Source: the human T2T-CHM13v2.0 reference genome, Homo sapiens. Taken from it: a stretch of 64,000 nucleotides of DNA. The notes under the pieces are model-generated. The model was not told where the DNA came from, searched no databases, and saw nothing but the letters and a program-made list of their open reading frames with translations. This document shows positions 42,418 through 54,311 of the stretch, one piece after another (within the stretch, counting starts at the first letter, position 1; each line of letters starts with the position of its first letter). The stretch is from the NCBI RefSeq assembly GCF_009914755.1, contig NC_060925.1; one strand, written 5' to 3'. A program made the translations under genes and the position numbers.

Positions 42418-43589
42418 TCCAGATTTTCATTCAATTATTCCATACTGAAAAATGTATCCTAAGAAAATCATAACAATATGAAAAACCTAAATACATAGTG
42501 ATGTTCATTACCTTTTTAATTGATGAAAATGCTGCCTTATTGCTTTTACTTGCATTTCTGTATTTGCTAGCAAAATTTTATATTTTTCTTATGTTTGTTA
42601 GACAGTTTTATGAGAAAGAGTAAGATTAATATCCTCCAGTGGTTGAAGAGTAGCAGATCTTCTGTTCTCTTCTCAACAAACATACAGAGCCATTCATTTC
42701 TGTGAAATAATTACAGATAGCCTGGGATTTAGTAAAATTTTTACTGTTGTTGTAGAAAAATAAACACATTGACATAAAAAATACGATTGCTAGTCAGGCT
42801 ATTTAGTAAGATTTGGGTTTAAGAGTCTTTAGAACATTTTTATCGTTGAAAATTTGTCCTCAAATTTTAACTTTTCTAATTCAGTCAGAACTCTTGAATT
42901 TCATATGTTTAATATAAGAATATGGGAAATGAAAACCACAAGTTTTGTGCATTCATTTTCCTTGGGAGCTTACAATTTTGAACTCAACCCAAACTTTTCA
43001 TTCTTTTGCATTCATTTAATTTTGGCAAAAGGTGCCTTTTCGTTCATGAAGCTTTTAAACTGTCCATTAGATACTGCAAAACAACATTTTGAAGAATGAA
43101 AAATAGATGAATGTAAACCACAAAATGCTTTCTTAAAAATGGCCATGTATTTAAAAAATAAATAAGGAAAGTGCTATAAAAATGTGCTAGGATAAGGTGA
43201 GAAGGTAAATATTTGTGAGTGTGAAGACCATCTGTAGCAATGACAAAAACTAGAGATACAGTGCCTCCTCATTCATGATTCAGTCACTAAATGTTTCTTG
43301 AGCATCTACTATGTCTACAATGTTCTATGCACAGTGATTTTTTTTTTGTTTTACAAAGTAGGCAACAATCCCTTCCTTCATGGCCCTCACATTCTAGCTT
43401 ACTCAGAAACGGGAACAGGTGGAATTTAGTTCATCCTCAGGTGTTTTTTTACCTTTTTGCTAAATACATACTATCTTATGTAAAGTTAATGACATGGATA
43501 AAACATTGAAACGTGTATTCTACTACATTTTTCTAGTCAACCTTTCTCTTACTTCCAGAGAAGACAGTTTTCCTGTCCTTAAACCTTTG

Positions 43590-44660
43590 CCTTTCTCAAA
43601 CTTAGATTCTCAGTAGGTGACTTTGCTTCTGATTTTATTGAGAAAATAGAAGCAATCAGAAGAGAATTTTCTTATCCGACCAAATCCGCTGACCTGCATC
43701 CTTCAGAGCTCATAGTCACTGCCTCCCTTCCTATTACTGTTTAGGAGGAGCAATGTGCCTATTTTAGGTCAAACCATCACCTCAGGCACTGCATTCAATC
43801 CCTTCTTGCCTACTCACAGTGTTTGCTTCTATGATTATCCACTATCATTCCTAGTTGTTTAATTCTTTTCCAGTCACATAAAAACATGATATAACATTTA
43901 TAATCTTAAATAAAACATTATCCTGAGATGCCACATCTTCCTGTAGCGGAGATCCCATGGTTTTCCCTTTCACAGAAGCTCCCTGAAAAAATTGTTTATA
44001 GATGCGATCCTCTCTTTACCTCTAGTTCTCTCTGGGAACCACTCCAATTTAGCCTTACTCACCATCAGTGCACACAGACAACTCTTATTCAGATTACCAA
44101 AGACCTCTAATATTGACATTGCCAAAGTCAATGTCAATATTCAGTCCTCATTTCAAGAGGTCATGATAGAATTGTTCACTTTCTCCTTGAAAACATGTCT
44201 TTACTTGACTTTGAAGATATCCCCCATGAAGTCCCCCATTCCACTATTGCTAAGCTTCCTTTGCTGCATTATCTTTCTCTTCTAGACTTTGACATGTTGA
44301 AGTACCCAGGACTCAGTCCTCAATCTCTTCTTTTCTCTACCTATACTCACACTTGCATTTCAAGACTTTAATAACTCCTATCTGCTGATTATACCCAAAG
44401 TATTTTTCCAGCTCAGAATTTTCTTTGAACTATAGATTACTTCTAATATCTGATTGGATGTTGCACAAGCATCTCAAATTTAAAGTGACCAAAAGTGAAC
44501 TTCTTATTTCTCACCTTCCTCCAATTATACTCCTTCTATAGTCTTCTCCATCATAGTAAATGGCATTTAATCTACTGAGTTGGTAAAGAATCTTAGGGTC
44601 ATCTCTCACTCCTATCTTTCTTTGGTTCTCCAGTCTCAATTTATTAGCAAATGATGTCTC
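43590..44660 (+). mobile_element. L2 ORF2 (RT-region) remnant
   Basis: gtacccaggactcagtcctcaatctcttcttttctctacctatactc (GVPQGSVLGPLLF-like) and tatctgctgattatacccaa (YADD-like); ends abruptly at the CASP3 retrocopy. Confidence 0.75.
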
Positions 44661-45377
44661 ATATGCATACAAAAATTCGGCCTTCACTGGTATTTTATGA
44701 CACACCATGTCATCATCAATACCACTGTCAGTCTCAATGCCAGAATCCAGTTCTGTACCATGGCAGGCCTGAATAATGAAAAGCTTGGGTTTTCCAGTTA
44801 GACTTCTACAACAATCCCCTCTGAAAAAACTTGTTACCTTTTTCTGGTCAACAGGTCCATTTGTTCCAAAAATTATTCCTTCTTCACCATGGCTCCAAAG
44901 CACACAAACAAAACTGCTCCTTTTGCTGTGATCTTCTTAAGAAACACTGTGCATCAATTCCACAATTTCTTGACATGTAAGATCATTTTTATTCCTGACT
45001 TCATATTTCAAGTTTGTGAGTGTTTCCCTGAGGTTTGCCACATTGACATCTGTACCAGACCAAGATGCCATTCCAGTGCTTCTATGATTCCACTTATTCT
45101 TATCATTAATTATTATATAATACATACACTCATTTCAGGACAATCCATTTTATAACTGTTGTCCAAGGATATTCCAGAGCCCATTGATTTGCTTCCATGT
45201 ATGATCTTTGGTTCCAAATTTTTAATGGACTTTGAATCCACTGAGTTTTCAGTGTTCTCTGTGGATATTTTTATTAACGCACATCCTCCTCACACCTTCC
45301 ACAGTCTCCTCACAGCCAGCAGCTGCCCGCTTTGCTCTGCATCTGCATGGCTTCAGCATCCCACAGCCGGGAGAGGT
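44661..45377 (-). pseudogene. CASP3P1: Caspase-3 processed pseudogene (5'UTR through codon ~197; intronless; disabled)
   Basis: Translates to ENTENSVDSKSIKNLEPKIIHGS...[13 protein letters not shown]...[16 protein letters not shown]...[25 protein letters not shown]...[13 protein letters not shown] without introns; ATG->ACA (45262-45260), ~5-bp insertion frameshift near 45117, TAA at K105 (44937-44939), R64W, QACRG->QACHG. Parent gene certain; the P1 symbol is from memory. Confidence 0.93.
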
Positions 45378-45544
45378 GAGCTCCAGTCCAGAGTGGTATC
45401 TTTTACTCTGAGATTAGGTTGTGTCTGTTATTTGGTTGTAAAATGTACTATGTTTTATAAAAGGCTAATGAAGTAGAGGGTTGGTTGATTGTTTGGTTTT
45501 AAAAACAATATACATGTTTTACATAATGAGAAGTTGGCAATTAT

Positions 45545-47300
45545 ATGGGTTTTTGTATGTGGCAAAAACATAAAATTTACCATGTTAACCATTTTTATGT
45601 GTATAGTACAATAGCATTACCTATATGTACATTGTTGTGCAACAGGTCCATAGCACTTTTTCATCTTGCAAAACTGAAACTCTGTATCTGTTAACATCTT
45701 CCATTATCCCCATGTTTTCTGCCTCTGGCAACCACCATTCTGTTTTCCGTTTCCAAGAGTTGACTACTTTAGATATCTCATATAAGTGGAATCATTTATC
45801 TTTTTATAATTGGCTTATTTCAGTTAGTGTAATGTCCTAAAGGTTTTGTAGCATTTGGTAGGGCTTTCTTTTTTTTAAAGCTGAATAATATTCCACTGTA
45901 TGTTATGTATATCACATTTTATTTATCCATTCATCTGTCATATATATTTAGGTTGCTTCCAACTCTTGGCTATTGTGAATAATGCCGCAATGAACATGGG
46001 TGTGCAAATATCTCTTTGATATTTTCAATTTTTTTGGGACTATTTCCAGAAGTGGGATTGCTGGATCATATGGTGATTGTATATTTAATATTTTAAGGAA
46101 TCTCCATAATGTTTTCTATAGTAGCTGAACCATTTTACATTCTCACCAACAGTGTTCCCAAGGGTTCCAAATTCTTTACATCCTCACCAACCCTTGTTAT
46201 TTTCTGTTTTATTTTCTTTCTTTTTTTTGATAGAAGCCATCCTGACAATTGTGAGGTGATATCTTATTGTGGTTTTAATTTATATTTTCCTGATGATTAG
46301 TGATGTTTAGTATCTTTCATTTGCTTGATGGGCATTTGTATATCTTCTTTGGATAAATGTCTATTCAAGTCCTTTGTCCATTTCCTTCCCCCGCCTCCCC
46401 GCCACCAAAAAAAAGGGTCTTTCTCTGTTGCCTAGGCTGGAGTACAGTGGCACAATTACAGCTTACTGCAGCCTTGAACTCCTGGGGTCAAGCAATCCTC
46501 TTGCTTCAGCCTCTTGAGTAACTGGGACTACAGACACAGATCACTGAACCTGACTAATTTTTTATTTTTTAGAGACAGTTTCACTATGTTACCAGGGCTG
46601 GTCTCAAACTCCTGGTCTCAAGCAATCCTCCTGCCTCAGCCTCCCTAGTAATTGGAATTACAAGAGTGAGCCACCAGTCTCATCTCTTAATTAGGTTATT
46701 TGTTGAGCAGTTGTTGAGTTGTATATTCTGGTTATTAACCACTTAGATATATGGTTTGCAAAGATTTTCTCTTATTTTGTAAGTTACCTTTTTACTCTAC
46801 TGTTTATTTCCTTTGCCACACACTTTAAATTTTGATGTAGTTCATTTGTCTATTTCTGCTTCTGTTACCTGTACTTTTGGTGTCATTTCCAAAAAATTAT
46901 TGCCAAGACTAATGTCATGAAGCTTTTTTCCTATGTTTTCTTCTAGGAGTTCTATAGTTTCAGGTCTTATGGCTAGGTCCATTTTGAATTAATTTTTGTA
47001 TATAGTTTAAAATTAGAATTTAACTAATTTTTTGTCATGTGGATATCTAATTTTCCCAATACTGTTTATTGAAGAGACTAGTCTTTCTCCATTGTATAGC
47101 CTGGGCATGTTTGTCAAAGATTATTTGACCATATATGAAAGGGCTTATTTTTGGGCTCTATTCCATTCTACAGGACTATATGTTTGTCTTTCTACCAGTA
47201 CCTTACTGTTTGGATTACTATCGCTTTGAAATATATTTTAAAATCAGAACTTTTGAGGCCTCTAGTTTTGTTTTTTTTCCCTCAAGATTGTTTTGGCTGT
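45545..47300 (-). mobile_element. L1MA/L1MB 3' portion
   Basis: aaaacataaaatttaccatgttaaccattttt...ggattgctggatcatatggt...ttattgccaagactaatgtcatgaagc. Confidence 0.85.
46414..46680 (-). mobile_element. AluJ-type element inside the L1
   Basis: gggtctttctctgttgcctaggctggagtacagtggcacaattacagcttactgcagccttgaactcctgggg. Confidence 0.85.
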
Positions 47301-47909
47301 TTGGTCATTAAAAATTTTTTTTTAATTTATTTTTTTTGAAATTTTTCCAAAATCTAAAATTATGTGAACTATTTATAAGAATATTTTCTTTATGACAAAT
47401 GATGTTTTACATAGTGTTACTATATGTTCACTTAAATAAAAGCAAATTTCCATTTTTAAGCTATATTCAGTATTCTGCGGCATTCAAAAAGGTACATCTT
47501 TTTTAATGTTTACAAGGTACATCTTTAGCAATTTAAAATAAAAAAACATATTTCTGTGAAATGTATAATTTTTGACAGTACATGATTTATTTGTCTACCC
47601 ACACTCTCACTGAATAACTATTGAGCACCTACTATGTGCCTGGCAAGATAATCCAGCTCTGAAGATGAAAGACCTGGTTTCTGCCATCATGAAACTTATA
47701 TCCCAGACAATAAAAAATGAAAAAATTGTGTTTAATATTATTATTTCATCAAATTACTTGCACAAGGGTACTCACCTAGAGGGACTTAGCTCTTACAGTT
47801 CTGATGTTTTCTCTACAAATGGCTCACAGAGCTTTGAAAATTGGTCAACTGATGAAACTATGAAAGCTTGTTTCCATAAGAATAAGACTGCTTCAGCTTG
47901 GGATCTCTG

Positions 47910-48070
47910 GGAATGACACTTATTATTACCTGTCTTACTTGGCAAGTCTGAAGCTCACTTTTCGCCATCTGTGAGATGGAGATGAGACAATCTTATAAGA
48001 TGATGATTAAATGAGATAACGCAGGTAAAGTACAAATTGGTTAGTGCTCAATAAGTCTTAGCTACTACTG
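47910..48070 (+). mobile_element. MIR SINE
   Basis: ggcaagtctgaagctcacttttcgccatctgtgagatggagatg...gattaaatgagataacgcaggtaaag. Confidence 0.6.
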
Positions 48071-50533
48071 CCATCATCATTAAACATTAATATATTTTTA
48101 TTAATGCCCAGAGACAAAGAAAGTAGGGTAATTATCTTAGGTAGCATAGTAAGAAGGAAGCTCTGGCAACTTCTCTTTTAAACTTCTTGCTGATTGCTGA
48201 CTTATAAAATAATTTTGTTGCAGGCAAAGTTTAGAATATCTGTTTTGACTTTACAGTTATTGATCAAGTGAACTGCAGTGCACTTTGGTTATTTGATAAT
48301 TTAAGGGAGACTATATAAAAATCATAGTCAAGTAATTATAGCTAATCAATACTGTTAACTAGGTAGCTTATTTACTTCTCAGTAGGATGCCTTATGCCTG
48401 CATGAAGTCACTACCACTCTGCTACTATGGTTACCTGTGGACTTTGAACAAGAGACTGTCATATATATGAAGGTGTAGTTTGCATCAATGGCTAAAATGA
48501 TCTTTAAAGAAAGAAAAAGAAAAAGATATGTGCTTTATTTTTCCATTTTGTGGCCCTCACTTCCAGTGTATATATAAAAGGAAAACATTTATTTCCTTAT
48601 TTATTTAGCATATTTGATAAATATTTAGAGTGTCTGCTATGTTCCAGGCTCTCACTGAAAATTCTAAGCTTTATCTGACAAATAGGGTATATCTGGTATC
48701 TTTACAACCTGGAAGTGACAAGTAACATATGTTTTTTTTTAGTAGGTTGGTATAATAACATTTATTAAAATAGTGCTGTGGGTTAACAGAAACAGCACAG
48801 AACCAAAGAATTAAAATGTAAGCTATGTAAAATCCCAACTAAAACCCAAAAGTGCTAATGTAGCCATTCATTAGCTAACTAAAAGCCCAAAAAAAGACAA
48901 GACACCCAATATAATAAAGTACTGCAAAACAATTGGCAATTTTCAGTTATCAAAATTGTGAATTCTGCATTTTGTATCATTTCCTCAGTCAAGAACAAAA
49001 TTCTTTTTGAATGTTATATAACATACATATAAAACAAAATAGAAAAATACATTATAAACTTGTAACAATGGCTGTAAATACATTATCTTACATGTTTCTC
49101 ATAGGCTGTAGTAGTTGCTTATGGTATATATAGCATGAAATTACTAAGATAATAAAGAATAGACAAAAATATATGTCAACTGTATGATAACATACAAGCG
49201 ACACTCCCATCTACCCACTCCAAAAAAATTACATAATACTTTTAGAAAAAAGTCTTAAAAACTACATATTTTAATGAGAAATAAATTCAAGAAATGATAA
49301 TACTGAGAACCAAGGCGTTCAGAGATTTCAGAAGTCATGCTTTTTTTCAGTTGATCCAAAATTTTGTCAACTGAGTTTTCAAAAGTTTGCTCAGAGCCAA
49401 CATTACCCATAAATGTCACACATTTATTATTTCATACATATCCTTTCTTCCCCCAAAAGTCCTCTGATAAACATCTAAAATGTCCAGGTATAACATAGTT
49501 GAGATGAAACTGGATCAAATACTGGTATTGTTTTTAACAACTATCACTCAAGTGTCACGAATTTATTCAACCAACCAAACAATATAAAAATCAAAATGGC
49601 ACAGCATATATTGTAAATAAATCTAAACTGTATGTGTAACAGAAAGACAAAGTAGTGGCTATTAAACCAAAGCTAGCTGGATACAAAACAGTGAATGTCT
49701 ATTGCATAGTAGATTAAGTATTGGAATAAGTCTAAAGAAAAGAAAGTGCCTTATTTTCTTTCGCGGTCATTTAGTCAAGTGTCTCATAAAGATCTGCTCC
49801 TCCCTCAGAATACAAGTTAATGCATGTTACTCAGTAACCCAGTATGTGAAAGAAGATATGAGGGAGACAAATGAGTTGATGGTTTGAATTACATGATTTT
49901 TGCCACGTTACCTTGATGCAAATTTGCCAAATCTGATACTGTGAAAAGATTTGATTACTTTTCTAATGCCCGACTGGTAAGTTTTAAAACATCATCCTTT
50001 AAAAAAATCATAATTGAATAGTTTTGGTTGTTCCAGTCCTCAATGTTAGCCCAAAGGATTCTGAGATAAAAATTATGTGTGATCTGAACTTCAGTTTACA
50101 GACAAAATTAGAGCTTTGTTTTATTTGGAGAAGGGGGATGCATTCATTTTTTTAAATTTTGTTTTTAATTAATTGGAGATAATAGGATACCTAGCAAACG
50201 TTTTCACGAAAGTGAATCTTTGTGATTTTCATTCTGGAAAACAATGTTTTAAATCACCCAAATTTAATCAAATGTCTTTATATCATACCAGATAACTTAC
50301 ATAGTGCATCTCTTTACTGGTTTCAGTAACCTCTGCCTCCCCTGCCCCTTAACTTTAAAAGAATGTGAAAAACTAGCCTCATAGTGCATATAAATACTCA
50401 ACCACATTTCTGCTTAAGTTTCTAATTTCTCAAGAAGTTCAGTTAGTTAGTTATGTAGTTGAAGCAATTTGTATGCAAAGCCTACATCTAAACACTTGAG
50501 TGAATAATCATTAACTGCTCAGTACCAGACGTG

Positions 50534-50986
50534 GCAATGCACAGTATAAACAACCGCTGAGAGACCTACTGCACTCAAGCAATGTGACTCCCGTTAGTGT
50601 TGGCCAGTTCCTCAGAAGTTGGGGGATCAATGCCATCTAATCAAGCCAAACAGAAGCAGTGCATTGGTTTCCGACAAACCATGTGAAAATTAGGGCAACT
50701 GACATTTGTATTGTAAGCAAGGCTGAATGGTCAGGAATGCTTATACATTAATAGAGATACTAAGATATTAATAGAGTTAACAAAACACAGACTGAATGAG
50801 ATCACAGTAGTCTGGAATGTTGGCTTTAAACCAGTGGTTGAAGGTGACATAGAGAAAGGACGTAATTTGGTTGACTCTTTTTGATTCAAGGGCCTTGGAG
50901 GGCTGAGGTCCAAGCAGTGTCAGAGGCTTGATGAGGTCAATAAACTGCATGTTTGCTCAGTGTTCAAGTGGTATGGCCCTGAGCAG
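50534..50986. repeat. Copy 1 of a ~450-bp diverged direct repeat
   Basis: Aligns by eye to 51672-52104 with ~30 substitutions and 3 indels (8, 1, 11 bp). Confidence 0.95.
50777..50950 (-). other. 57-aa small ORF, copy 1 (function unknown)
   Basis: MQFIDLIKPLTLLGPQPSKALESKRVNQITSFLYVTFNHWFKANIPDYCDLIQSVFC*; Kozak A at -3; below the ORF-track cutoff. Confidence 0.35.
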
Positions 50987-51259
50987 TGGACTCAGTGACA
51001 GTGGACTCCCCCCCAGCTTATCAACTCGTTCCTCTTCCACACCTTCCCAGCGTCACAGTCAGAGGTCAGCAGGAAGCCGAGTCAGTACCTTCTTGATGGC
51101 CTCCCCTGCCATCTTGTCTCACTTGGAAACCATTTTCAGTTCATTTACTATGTAACAGGCTTTTTAAAAAATGTCATCCCTCATAAAAAACTCTTTAAAA
51201 ATCCTCAAAATACACTATAGCTCTTAAAAAGTCGGCATGAAGCATTTATTATGGAAAAA

Positions 51260-51460
51260 GTGGGGGCTTTGAAGACAGATAGATCTGGGTTTAAACTCCA
51301 CTTCTGTTAATAGCTGTGTAAATGACCTCTCTGAACTTCACTTTCCTCGTTGGTAAGATGGTGGGTGAGGATGATATCTAATTTATATGGTTGGCTGAAA
51401 TAATGTAGATAAGACATTGATCTCAGCAGAGATCAATACATGCTTATTTTCTTTCTGTTC
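51260..51460 (+). mobile_element. MIR SINE
   Basis: gggctttgaagacagatagatctgggtttaaactccacttctg...cctctctgaacttcactttcctcgttggtaagatgg. Confidence 0.7.
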
Positions 51461-51671
51461 TTGGCACTACAATATAGACTTTTCAAGTCTAGATGTAGAA
51501 ATATATTTTTATACATTCATTTGCATCCATTCTTTCAACAGACAATTGTTGAGTAACCCCAATGGGCAAAAAGTATGGACATTTGGATGGCTACTGATTT
51601 GCAATAATGCAAATATGCAAATAATGCAAATCAGTATTTATGTACATTTGCATAAATACTAGAGTCTTTAT

Positions 51672-52104
51672 GCAATGCACAGTATGAACAACTACTCAGA
51701 GACCTCAAGCAATGTGACTCCCATTAGTGTTGGCCAGTTCTTCAGAAGTTGGGGGATCAATGCCATCTAATCAAGCCAAACAGAAGCAGCACATTGCTTT
51801 CCCACAGACAGTGTGAAAATTAGGGCAACTGACATTTTTATTGTAGGCAAGATGAATGGTCAGGAATGCTTATACATTCATAGGGATACTAGAGTTAACA
51901 AAGCACAGACTGAATGAGATCACAGTAGTCTGGAATGTTGGCTTTAAACCAGTGGTTGAAGGTGACACAGAGAAAAGATGTAATTTGATTGACTCTTTTT
52001 GAATCAAGGGCCTTGGCAGGCTGAGGTCCAAGTAGTGTCAGAGGCTTGATGAAGTCAATAAACTGCATGTTTGCTCAGTGTTTAAGTGGTATGGCCCTGA
52101 GCAG
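51672..52104. repeat. Copy 2 of the ~450-bp direct repeat
   Basis: gcaatgcacagtat...gtatggccctgagcag shared with 50534-50986. Confidence 0.95.
51895..52068 (-). other. 57-aa small ORF, copy 2 (function unknown)
   Basis: MQFIDFIKPLTLLGPQPAKALDSKRVNQITSFLCVTFNHWFKANIPDYCDLIQSVLC*; same start, stop and length as copy 1. Confidence 0.35.
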
Positions 52105-53182
52105 CTGACACAGAGGCTTGAAGCTCTAAGTATTAGGGGCCTATATAATGAGTGTTCCAGCACCCCATGTCCAATGTACTCACAGAAGCTTGAGGATTCT
52201 AGGAGGTCAAGGCTTCACAGGGAATCAGAAGAAATATGGAACATTTGGGAACAAGTGGCAGTTGTCAGAGTTTTCCCTCTGTGATCCTGGGATTGGCTAG
52301 ATCCTTGCTTGCCTAGCTCCAATGCTGTCCCAGCAGTGTGGGTTGCCTAGAAATCCTGGTACTCTGAGTAGTAAAGATGACAAGGTCTGGAAAAGGAGGG
52401 CTTTCTGATGGTAGCCTGCTGGATAGAATAAAGAGGTCACTTAAATAAGCTCTCCACTGCTGGGACATTTGGTTGCCATTTGCTTTCTTGACTTGAAGAA
52501 GGAAAATTGAACCAAATACATTCTTTAATTTGGAGCAAAGCAAGCCCTGAAGGGTTATTTCTCAGAATAAAGGTAGCCTGAAGGCTATTTGGCTTTGGTT
52601 TATACTTATTTATCTCATATACAAACCAAATTCCTAGACATAGGAAAAAAATGACTTTTACCCTGAAGCAACTGTTAACTATAGCAAGAAGAGTTACAAA
52701 AGCAAATTTTTAATTCTGGCACTGGTGTGAAATATATCCCTTGGATGTAGTGTCTTTATTCAATGCACAGCCTGAACAACTAGTCAAAGGCTTTGAATTT
52801 CTACCTAGTTGTTAATAGATTTGTGATCTAAATAATTTTGTTTTGAGGAAGAAGCAGAGCAACTGAGATTAACTATAGGATATCAATAACTACCTCCAAT
52901 CCCCATCCCAAGCCCTAGACTTTTTTTTGCACAAGTCTCTTCTTTCCTCAAGATGTCCGAAACATATTGTTAAATCATGAAGGAATTGCCCTAACTTCTA
53001 ATATTTAGGCATGATTTTCATATAACCTGTATAATGTCAGAGGGTCATTGTCATTTTTCTGGCTTCAGTCCTTCCCATTCAAAGGAGACTAAAAGCTTTT
53101 ATATTTTTCCAAGTAGAGCTGGATTTCCGCAAATCTAATTTCACTGACTCATAAACTGGTCCTTTTTGCTGCCTCACGTTAG

Positions 53183-53587
<405 letters not shown>

Positions 53588-53929
53588 TAAATATAAACCC
53601 TGTTCTTGGTTACTGCCAATATCTATTCTATAAGTCATTTATCTCTTCAGAGGTCATTCTTGTCCTTGCTCACCACTGCACAAATGGCTGGGATCAGTGT
53701 CCTGCCATCTTGCACCAGTGCAGATCTTAGAGTATTTCACTCTTTTAAAATTATAGTTGTACGCCTTAGGGCACAAGTGAGTCCTGTCCTGGGTGGATTA
53801 ATCTAAGAAGAATCTTCATTCCAGAAATGGTGGTGCCTAAATCATCCCTTCGCTCCTACCTTACCCACTTTTCTCTGAATCTAATTAGTGTGACTTGACT
53901 CTCACTTTCCTTAGGATGAATTCTTTTCC

Positions 53930-54311
53930 TGGTTTGCTCTGTGTCCCTGCCCAAATCTCTTGCCAAATTGTAATCCCCAGTGTTGGACGTGGGGCCTGGT
54001 GGGAAGTGATTGAATTATGGGAGTGGATTTCCCCTTTGGTGCTGTCCTCATAACAATAAGTGCATTCTTGAGAGATCTGGTTGTTTAAAAGTGTGTAGCA
54101 CCTGCCACCTCACTCTCTTTCTCCTGTTCCAGCCAATGTAAGATGTGCCTGCTTTCCCTTTGCCTTCTGCCATGATTGTAAGTTTTCTGAGGCCTCCCAA
54201 TCCATGCTTCCTGTACAGCCTGCAGAACCATGAACCTATTAAACCTCTTTCCTTTATAAATTACCCAGTCTCAAGTAGTTCTTCATAGCAGTGCGAGAAT
54301 GGACTAATACA
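53930..54311 (+). mobile_element. MaLR LTR (MSTA-like)
   Basis: tggtttgctctgtgtccctgcccaaatctc...attaaacctctttcctttataaattacccagtctca...ggactaataca. Confidence 0.85.

Larger units (their letters stand above)
48732..51150 (-). pseudogene. Putative retrocopy of an unidentified polyadenylated transcript
   Basis: T9 tract (48732-48740) with minus-strand AATAAA 20 nt upstream (48761-48766); ~2.4 kb free of recognisable TEs in a TE-saturated window; 3'UTR-like AU-rich body; GC-richer 5' end with aagATGGC; L1 endonuclease-like tttttaa at ~51161. Confidence 0.65.

Noticed and set aside
44511-44903. 130-aa caspase-like ORF retaining catalytic His and Cys as a functional mini-caspase
   Set aside because: Starts at GTG just after an in-frame TAA, has QACHG, lacks most of the small subunit and runs into antisense L2; the upstream ATG is lost and frameshifted.
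48732-50520. Displaced 3'UTR of the CASP3 retrocopy
   Set aside because: Lies on the wrong (upstream) side and does not match the CASP3 3'UTR as recalled.
50560-50950. Similarity to bornavirus N or M proteins (LDSKR..FLC, RNWPTL, WPTLM)
   Set aside because: Matches are not collinear with realistic spacing; consistent with chance.
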